Below are positions 48,888 through 55,352 of a DNA stretch of 55,352 bases, one piece after another. Location: contig JAUWHX010000055.1 of NCBI GenBank assembly GCA_030605695.1, positions 1-55,352 on the forward strand, in the 5' to 3' direction. The notes beneath the pieces were generated by a model. That model did not search any database. It was not told the DNA's origin and saw only the letters and a program-made list of their open reading frames with translations. The translations under genes and the position numbers were made by a program. The stretch comes from a bacterium. GTDB taxonomy: Bacteria; Hydrothermota; UBA3073; JACQXS01. Position 1 is the stretch's first letter, and each line of letters starts with the position of its first letter.

Positions 48888-49804
48888 TATATATGGAACT
48901 CTATAACATCTCCATCTTCAAGTTTATGTTCTCTTCCTGCGCGTTGTCCTTTAAATTTGTGGCTCCAAATCCTCGCATAATTGAGTCCACCAGCAAAATC
49001 TTTATGAATCTCACGAGCCGCATTTATGACTGTGCTACCACCGGGCAAAACAACAGGTTCCTCAAAATCAGGTTGCTTTCCGGGCTCCTTCGTATAAACC
49101 CGAATAATGTCCAAAGAGCTATAGATTTGATTCTTCAGTTCCTCAAGTCCTCTTGGCTCCTCAGCAGAAACTCCAATTACAGAGTTTCCCTCTAATTTTT
49201 CTTTTAAATACTTGAAGTTCTTTTCTCCATTTGGCAAATCAAGTTTATTTCCTACCACCATTACTTTTCTGGCTCTTGTTCTTAATTCCTCCAGCTTTTC
49301 TATACTCGGATTTATATCATTATTTAAATCTATTACAAGCAATAAAAGGTTAGCTGAATATATAAGATTACCCATCCACCTTTTTGTAAACTCATGCGTC
49401 AAAGCAGGAAGGTCTACAAGTTGTATCTGGACATTCTCAAATTGCATCATCCCAATCACAGGACTCCCAGTGGTAAATGGATATGTCGCAACTTCTGGAC
49501 TCGCGTTGGTAAGGATTGAAAGGAGTTTAGATTTGCCTACATTAGGCATTCCAAGAAGCAAAACCTGAGCCACTCCCTCTTTCTTTATAGAATAACTGTA
49601 TATCCGAGCACCTCGTTTTTTCTGCATCTCTTTATTTAGTCTGGCTATTTTTGCACGTAACTCCGCTCGCAACCTATCAGTTCCTTTATGATGCGGCATT
49701 ATTCCAAGCATTTCTTGAATGGCACTAATCTTTTCTTCTGGAGTTCCAGCTAACCTGAGCCTTTTCTCAGCCCCAAAATACTGTGGTGGTAAATTAGCCG
49801 GCAT
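48887..49804 (-). CDS. DRG/OBG-family GTPase with TGS domain
   Basis: MPANLPP, HKGTD, GMPNVGKS, YPFTT, DLP, NKLD, LEDGDVIE. Confidence 0.9.
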   Translation of the reverse strand: MPANLPPQYFGAEKRLRLAGTPEEKISAIQEMLGIMPHHKGTDRLRAELRAKIARLNKEMQKKRGARIYSYSIKKEGVAQVLLLGMPNVGKSKLLSILTNASPEVATYPFTTGSPVIGMMQFENVQIQLVDLPALTHEFTKRWMGNLIYSANLLLLVIDLNNDINPSIEKLEELRTRARKVMVVGNKLDLPNGEKNFKYLKEKLEGNSVIGVSAEEPRGLEELKNQIYSSLDIIRVYTKEPGKQPDFEEPVVLPGGSTVINAAREIHKDFAGGLNYARIWSHKFKGQRAGREHKLEDGDVIEFHI

Positions 49805-50577
49805 TATTTCTTTTCAACAAATGCGTAAGCATCGTGATTATGAATTGACTCATAACTCTCTACCTCAACTGAATACCAGATTATATTTTTCTCTCTATTT
49901 AACTTGTTAGCAACATTCCGAACCACATCTTCAACAAAAACAGGATGGTCATACGCATATTGAGTTACAAATTGTTCATCCTCACGCTTTAAAAGAGAAT
50001 AAAGTGAACCAGAAGCACAGTTTTCAACAATTTTCACAATATCCTCTATCCAAAAGAATTTATGAAATCTTATAAAGACCAATATTTTCCCACGCTGATT
50101 ATGTGCTCCTTTTTCCACAAGCTCCTTAGAACAGGGACAAAGTGTTGCTATCGGAACCGCTACACCAAGTGTAAATCGGAACTTACTTTGCTCTACAAGT
50201 GAGCACATAAATTTACATTCATATTGCATTAAGCTACGGGCATGAGAGCGAGGAGCTTCTTTTTCAATGAAATAAGGGAACTCAAACTCTATGTGTGCAG
50301 ACTCGGCATCAAACCTTTCTGTTATATCAAGAAGCATAGCTTTCATATTTTTCATAGCAATTGTGTTCTTGTGCTTATTTAGAATCTCAACAAACCTGCT
50401 CATATGAGTCCCACGAAACTTATGAGGTAAGGAGACATACATATTGATATTTGCTACTGTATGCTGTTCTGCTTCGCGCTTATCAAAAACTTTTATTGGA
50501 TACCTGAGGTTCTTAATTCCCACCTTATCTATCTCAATCCCTTTTACTTTTGGTTTTTGATTTTGAGGATCATTCAT
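49804..50577 (-). CDS. folE2: GTP cyclohydrolase IB
   Basis: IDKVGI, RGTHMSRF, TLCPCSK, GAHNQR, FVEDVVR, ESIHNHDA. Confidence 0.96.
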   Translation of the reverse strand: MNDPQNQKPKVKGIEIDKVGIKNLRYPIKVFDKREAEQHTVANINMYVSLPHKFRGTHMSRFVEILNKHKNTIAMKNMKAMLLDITERFDAESAHIEFEFPYFIEKEAPRSHARSLMQYECKFMCSLVEQSKFRFTLGVAVPIATLCPCSKELVEKGAHNQRGKILVFIRFHKFFWIEDIVKIVENCASGSLYSLLKREDEQFVTQYAYDHPVFVEDVVRNVANKLNREKNIIWYSVEVESYESIHNHDAYAFVEKK

Positions 50578-51232
50578 AATTTATTGGGTCATTAATTCCT
50601 GCTAATTCAAAGGCACTTTGCCTTCGTTTACAGCTTTCACACTCACCACAGGCAAGCTCATTATTTTTATAGCAAGACCAGGTTAGATGAAATGGAGCAT
50701 TAAGTTTTGCTCCAAGCTTCACAACCTCATATTTTTGCATATCAATTAGTGGAGCAAGAACCTCTATGTGAGTATCTGGCTTTGTTCCCAATTTAATAAC
50801 TTCATTAAATGCCTTTATAAATTCAGGACGGGTATCAGGGTATCCCGGAGCATCTTGAGCTACTACCCCGATAAATATTTTCGTAGCACCAATTACCTCA
50901 GCCAAGCTAACTCCAGCACCAAGCAAATTTGCATTCCTGAACGGAACATATGTCGTGGGGGCAGACACATGGGTCTGCCCAACTGGAACATCCATTCCTA
51001 AATCAGTCAAACTTGAACCTCCGATTTCGTGTAACCACTTAAAATCACAAACAAGTCTCTGCTTCACTCCATAGAAATCTGCAATCTTATTAAAAGAATC
51101 AAGCTCTTTTTTCTCTGTTCGTTGTCCATAGTTTATATGCAAAAAGGCAAGTTCATAATCTTTGTTTGCTATACCTGCTGTTACGCACGAATCAACTCCC
51201 CCAGAAACCAAAACCACCGCCGATTCTCTCAT
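50570..51232 (-). CDS. queC: 7-cyano-7-deazaguanine synthase
   Basis: SGGVDS, YGQR, TYVPFRN, YPDTRPEF, TWSCY, CGECESC. Confidence 0.96.
   Translation of the reverse strand: MRESAVVLVSGGVDSCVTAGIANKDYELAFLHINYGQRTEKKELDSFNKIADFYGVKQRLVCDFKWLHEIGGSSLTDLGMDVPVGQTHVSAPTTYVPFRNANLLGAGVSLAEVIGATKIFIGVVAQDAPGYPDTRPEFIKAFNEVIKLGTKPDTHIEVLAPLIDMQKYEVVKLGAKLNAPFHLTWSCYKNNELACGECESCKRRQSAFELAGINDPINYE
50955..50983. repeat. Decayed REP-like palindrome in frame inside queC
   Basis: gtgggggcagacacatgggtctgcccaac, encodes VGQTHVSAPT. Confidence 0.75.
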
Positions 51233-51238
51233 CTTATC

Positions 51239-52303
51239 TCAAAATCTCCATCTGGCTCCCAACATATATCTAAAAGTAGAAGTCACATCACTTACAGTTG
51301 AAAATTCTTCTAAGTCTTTCCTTCGGTTATCAAAAATACTTGCAAAATCTATTTCAATATGTTTATATCTATACCCAAAACCAAGTGTAGGAATGGTTCG
51401 TTTTGCATAATGATAACGCAATTCTCCATTTGAAGTTAAATATGAAGGAACAGTTGTTTTTATTAGTCCAGCCCGAAGCGAAAGCCAGGGAACCGGAGTA
51501 ATTTCTCCACCTAAATTTAAGGTGCGTTTAAACTGATAATCAACGGGAATACATTTAACTTTTTCTTCTAACAAATGGGAAATTTGAATACCAACTAAAG
51601 TTTTGCTACTCGGAGAAAAACTTACTCCCAAACTCAGATTATTAGGAAGTTCTTGAGCTATATTCCCGCTCTCCCCATCACTATAAACCCAGCATTCAAT
51701 TTCTGAACTCAAAGCATTATAAAAAGTAGAGAATACTTTAATCTGTGAAATAGGGTTAAATAAAACTCCTATATCAAAAGAAGCTGTCTGATCGTGGGCG
51801 AATATCTTTGTTACTTTCTCCCAATCAGAGTCACTTCTGAGATATTTAACATTTGCTCCAATTGAGACTAACGGCAAAATTCGTTTCCCTACGCCTAATA
51901 ATAAGCAAGTCTCATAACCCAAATCTTTCCATTTTTCTCCTGTTTTTCCTCCCGGGCCTCTTTCGATGTTTTCATTTTTCCTATCCCCTCTCTGCCAATG
52001 ATTAAAGCTTATGCCCAAATTTGGTTGTGCATAAGAAATCAGAAAACCAATATGTGAAAGAAATAAATCCCACCCAGGATCATTTGGCATATCTTCTGGT
52101 GTAATATGCCATGAGTAGTTTTGATAAGATGTGCTTGAAGTTATCGTTTTTTGCTTAATTTCTGTCAACATCGCAGGATTTTGAGATAAAATGCCCCCCA
52201 TCCCCATTGACCTTACACTTTGAAAAACAAAAGGTTCTTCTGCGAATACTATAGAAAATTTAGCTAATAATAAACAGACCAAAAATAGAACCAAACTTCT
52301 CAT
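51239..52303 (-). CDS. Outer-membrane beta-barrel protein (PorV/FadL-like)
   Basis: Signal peptide; RSMGMGG...NPA; SIGANVK; FDIGVL; LSLRAG; terminal ARWRF. Confidence 0.7.
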   Translation of the reverse strand: MRSLVLFLVCLLLAKFSIVFAEEPFVFQSVRSMGMGGILSQNPAMLTEIKQKTITSSTSYQNYSWHITPEDMPNDPGWDLFLSHIGFLISYAQPNLGISFNHWQRGDRKNENIERGPGGKTGEKWKDLGYETCLLLGVGKRILPLVSIGANVKYLRSDSDWEKVTKIFAHDQTASFDIGVLFNPISQIKVFSTFYNALSSEIECWVYSDGESGNIAQELPNNLSLGVSFSPSSKTLVGIQISHLLEEKVKCIPVDYQFKRTLNLGGEITPVPWLSLRAGLIKTTVPSYLTSNGELRYHYAKRTIPTLGFGYRYKHIEIDFASIFDNRRKDLEEFSTVSDVTSTFRYMLGARWRF

Positions 52304-52941
52304 CGGACTCCTATATGTTTATGCAACTGCACTTGTAAGCGGACAGGCAAATTATCTTTTAATATCCATTCGGCGATTAACTTTGGTAGGGACTCCGTCA
52401 AAGGCGAAGTCCCTGTAACCGGTGAGAATAAAACTTCTACACGCTCAAGCAATCCATATTTCTTAATTACATCTTTTACCCAATCGTAGTCTCTTTTATC
52501 AGATAAAACAAATTTAATCTCGTCAGCAGGTCTTAAACTCTCAAGATTATCCCAACACATTTTATCCGACATACCTGAGCCGGGGCACTTTATATCTATT
52601 ATCCTGATTATCCGAGAGTCCAATCTATCAGCAGGAATAGAACCATTTGTATCAACTAATACCTTATATCCTTTATCTAACAGTTTTTTGCTTAGCTCAT
52701 AAATCTCTTCTTGCAGTAAGGGCTCACCTCCTGTAATCTCAACCAGTAGGGGCAATTCATAAATTGCTCCTACATCATTGATAATCTCATCTATAGACAT
52801 TTCATTTCCGTTTTCGTATGCATACTTCGTGTCGCACCATCTGCAACGCAAATTACAATCCGATAGTCTCACAAAAACACAAGGATACCCCTGCCAGCTT
52901 GACTCCCCTTGAATTGACTTAAATATCTCATTCACTTTCAT
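52300..52941 (-). CDS. queE: 7-carboxy-7-deazaguanine synthase (radical SAM)
   Basis: EIFKSIQGE, CNLRCRWCDT, TGGEPL, RLQVQLHK; lies between queD and queC. Confidence 0.95.
   Translation of the reverse strand: MKVNEIFKSIQGESSWQGYPCVFVRLSDCNLRCRWCDTKYAYENGNEMSIDEIINDVGAIYELPLLVEITGGEPLLQEEIYELSKKLLDKGYKVLVDTNGSIPADRLDSRIIRIIDIKCPGSGMSDKMCWDNLESLRPADEIKFVLSDKRDYDWVKDVIKKYGLLERVEVLFSPVTGTSPLTESLPKLIAEWILKDNLPVRLQVQLHKHIGVR
52746..52773. repeat. REP-like palindrome in frame inside queE
   Basis: gtaggggcaattcataaattgctcctac, encodes VGAIYELPL. Confidence 0.85.
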
Positions 52942-53302
52942 AATAAATCACTGAATTAGTATCTGATTCCCAGACTTGAACTTCTTTGAGTTTTGAGTTT
53001 TGAGTTTTGAGTTTTGAGTTTAATTTATCCCATATATACTTTGCGATGTTTTCTGCTGTTGGGTTAATTTCCTTAAACTCAGGAAGCTCATTTAAGTTGC
53101 GGTGGTCAAGTTTCTTGAGCACTTTCTGAAACATTTGCTTTAATTCCCTAAAATCCATTCCAAAGCCCAAATTTTTAAGTTCTGATGTCTGAACGGACAC
53201 CTTAACCCTAAAATTATGACCATGAACTTCGCGACACTCTCCGGGATAGCCCCTTAATTGATGAGCCGCCGAGAAATTAGCTTCAGTTGATATAATCCAC
53301 AT
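52928..53302 (-). CDS. queD: 6-carboxytetrahydropterin synthase
   Basis: FSAAH, C..VHGHNF, LDH, NPTAENIA, VWES. Confidence 0.95.
   Translation of the reverse strand: MWIISTEANFSAAHQLRGYPGECREVHGHNFRVKVSVQTSELKNLGFGMDFRELKQMFQKVLKKLDHRNLNELPEFKEINPTAENIAKYIWDKLNSKLKTQNSKLKEVQVWESDTNSVIYYESE
52985..53021. repeat. Heptamer repeat (TTTTGAG)x~5 in frame inside queD
   Basis: Encodes LNSKLKTQNSKLK. Confidence 0.9.
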
Positions 53303-53332
53303 CTTAAAAAGTCAAAATGCAAAATTGAATCC

Positions 53333-54241
53333 TTAAATATACTCCAGCATCTTATCAAGTGCCGTTCTTGCCTTTTTGAGTATAAAATCAGGAAGCTCTA
53401 TACGGTATTTCTCTTCACGCAAGGCAAAAAGCACATCTTCTAATGTAGTTATTTTCATATTTCTACACATTCTGGCACTACCAACTGTATAAAATGTCTT
53501 GCTCGGATTCTCTTTTTGCAATCTATATATAATTCCTTCCTCAGTCCCAATTATAATTTTATCTACATTAGATTCACGAGCAAATTTTACCATTCCTCCT
53601 GTGCTTGCCACTTCGTCTGCTAAATCTATTACTTCTCGTTGGCACTCAGGATGAACTATAAGTTTTGCATTTGGATGCAAATCCTTTATTTTTTCGACGA
53701 CATCCGGCTCCATTCCATCATGCACATAGCAGAAGCCATTCCAGGGAATAATTTCTTTATCTGTGAATCTCTGGACATAGTTTGCAAGATTGCGGTCTGG
53801 GACAAAAATTATCTGCCCAGCAGGAACATTCTGGACTACTTTGACTGCATTAGCAGATGTGCAACAAACATCACTTTCTGCCTTTACATCTGCATTTGTA
53901 TTTACATATGATACAACACAAGCGTCTGGATACTTTGACTTAAATCCCATCAGCTCTTCTCTAGTTGCCATATTAGCAAGCTCACAGCCAGCATCTTCTC
54001 TTGGCAAGAGGATAAGTTTTTCCGGGCTAAGGATTTTTGCAGACTCTGCCATAAATCGCACTCCACAAAAAACTATGGTTTTAACATCTGATTCTGCTGC
54101 TATTTTAGAGAGCCCCAGTGAATCACCCAGATAATCTGCAATATCCTGAATCTCGGGTCTTTGATAATTATGCACAAGTATAATAGCTCCTTTTTCCTGT
54201 TTTAGCTTCTGGATTTCAGTTATAATGTCTTCTTTCTTCAT
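53333..54241 (-). CDS. nadA: Quinolinate synthase
   Basis: HNYQ, GDSL, FCGVRFMAE, YVNT, CTSANA, HPEC, GTEEG. Confidence 0.96.
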   Translation of the reverse strand: MKKEDIITEIQKLKQEKGAIILVHNYQRPEIQDIADYLGDSLGLSKIAAESDVKTIVFCGVRFMAESAKILSPEKLILLPREDAGCELANMATREELMGFKSKYPDACVVSYVNTNADVKAESDVCCTSANAVKVVQNVPAGQIIFVPDRNLANYVQRFTDKEIIPWNGFCYVHDGMEPDVVEKIKDLHPNAKLIVHPECQREVIDLADEVASTGGMVKFARESNVDKIIIGTEEGIIYRLQKENPSKTFYTVGSARMCRNMKITTLEDVLFALREEKYRIELPDFILKKARTALDKMLEYI

Positions 54242-55352
54242 TTTTTCCAGAATGGGGAAAGTGCACGGAGACGCTCAACAATTTGAGGAAATACTTGAAG
54301 AACATAATCTATCTCTTCTTTGGTATTATGCTTTCCGAGACTGATTCTTAAAGAGCTATGCGCAAGGTCGGCAGAGATTCCAGTAGCAGTTAGCACATGT
54401 GAGGGTTCAGCAGTCCCTGCTGCACAGGCAGAACCTGATGATGCACAAATTCCGTGAGCATCTAAATCCATAAGCATCGATTCACCCTCAACATATTTTA
54501 CACAGATTGATAAAGTGCTTGCAAGTTTTTGCTCCGGATGTCCATTAAGAACTACTTCTGGAATTTTGCTCTTTATTCCATCCCAAAGTCTGTCTCTTAG
54601 CTCTTTGATTTTATCTTCCTCTCCCATTTCTTGTTGAGCGATTTCACAAGCTTTACCAAGTCCTACAATCCCTGGAACATTCTCTGTTCCTGCTCTTCGG
54701 TCTCGTTCATGATGCCCACCGTGAATAAGAGGGTCAAGAAAAGTTCCTTTTTTTATATAAAGAGCACCTACTCCTTTGGGACCATAAAATTTATGACCTG
54801 ACAAGGAGAGCAAATCTACACCAAGCTCATTGACTTGTGTAGAGAGCTTACCTACAGTTTGAACTGCATCTGTATGAAAATAAATATTGTGAGAGCGAGC
54901 AAGTTCTGCGATTTCTCTGATTGGCTGGATTGTTCCAATTTCGTTGTTAGCATGCATAACGGTTATCAAAACAGTATTGTCAGTTATCGAGTCTTTGAGT
55001 TCATTTAAATCGACAACTCCATATTTGTCCACTCCAACATAGGTTACTTCAAATCCTTGAGATTCGAGCCACATACAGGGAATAAGAACTGCATGGTGTT
55101 CTATTTTTGATGTAATTATATGATTTCTCTTGCTTTTATTTGCAAAAGCAATTCCTTTGATTGCAAAGTTATCTGCCTCTGTTCCTCCTGCGGTGAAAGC
55201 AATTTCACGGGGTTCTGCTCCAAGCAAGGAAGCTACTTTGGTTCTCGCTTGTTCTATTACCTTGCGACAATCACGGGCAGATTTATATAAACTTGATGGG
55301 TTGTAATAGTGTGTATTAAAATAAGGGAGCATTTCCTCCAAAACCCTTGGGT
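54238..55352 (-). CDS. iscS: Cysteine desulfurase IscS/NifS (5' end outside window)
   Basis: NPSS, GGTEADN, EHHAV, HTDAVQ, SGHKFYGPKG, SSGSAC; frame open to the window edge. Confidence 0.93.
   Translation of the reverse strand, partial: PRVLEEMLPYFNTHYYNPSSLYKSARDCRKVIEQARTKVASLLGAEPREIAFTAGGTEADNFAIKGIAFANKSKRNHIITSKIEHHAVLIPCMWLESQGFEVTYVGVDKYGVVDLNELKDSITDNTVLITVMHANNEIGTIQPIREIAELARSHNIYFHTDAVQTVGKLSTQVNELGVDLLSLSGHKFYGPKGVGALYIKKGTFLDPLIHGGHHERDRRAGTENVPGIVGLGKACEIAQQEMGEEDKIKELRDRLWDGIKSKIPEVVLNGHPEQKLASTLSICVKYVEGESMLMDLDAHGICASSGSACAAGTAEPSHVLTATGISADLAHSSLRISLGKHNTKEEIDYVLQVFPQIVERLRALSPFWKK

Overview
AT-rich bacterial chromosomal window with no rRNA, tRNA, CRISPR array or transposase that I can find. 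The many secreted proteins with T9SS/FlgD-type C-terminal sorting domains suggest an anaerobic diderm of the WOR-3/FCB-like lineages (inference only). Ordinary content: ECF sigma (partial) plus anti-sigma, about nine CTD-bearing surface proteins (FG-GAP/PQQ, BNR, Ig), a hutH-like lyase, a ThaI-like type II R-M pair, Wzi, a GyrI-like lipoprotein, FBP aldolase/phosphatase, a 2-oxoacid:ferredoxin oxidoreductase operon, sucCD, ispG, nnrDE, a DnaQ-WYL fusion, Fe-ADH, a TGS GTPase and an iscS-nadA-queD-queE-OMP-queC-folE2 run. The main unexplained signal is a layer of micro-repeats. (1) GTAG-capped REP-like palindromes lie both between genes and in frame inside enzymes (NnrE, QueE, QueC, IspG, DnaQ, Fe-ADH) and an LVIVD protein. 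(2) 7/8-bp tandem repeats are written into protein loops and signal peptides, and two of them put an envelope gene out of frame in a way whole-unit changes would repair. (3) 9/10-mer inverted-repeat modules have conserved ends and different interiors. (4) There are three 21-bp arrays. A separate candidate system is a three-gene island: ClpP-like protease, DUF5678-like protein and retropepsin-like protease. All family calls come from motif recognition by eye, not database searches.
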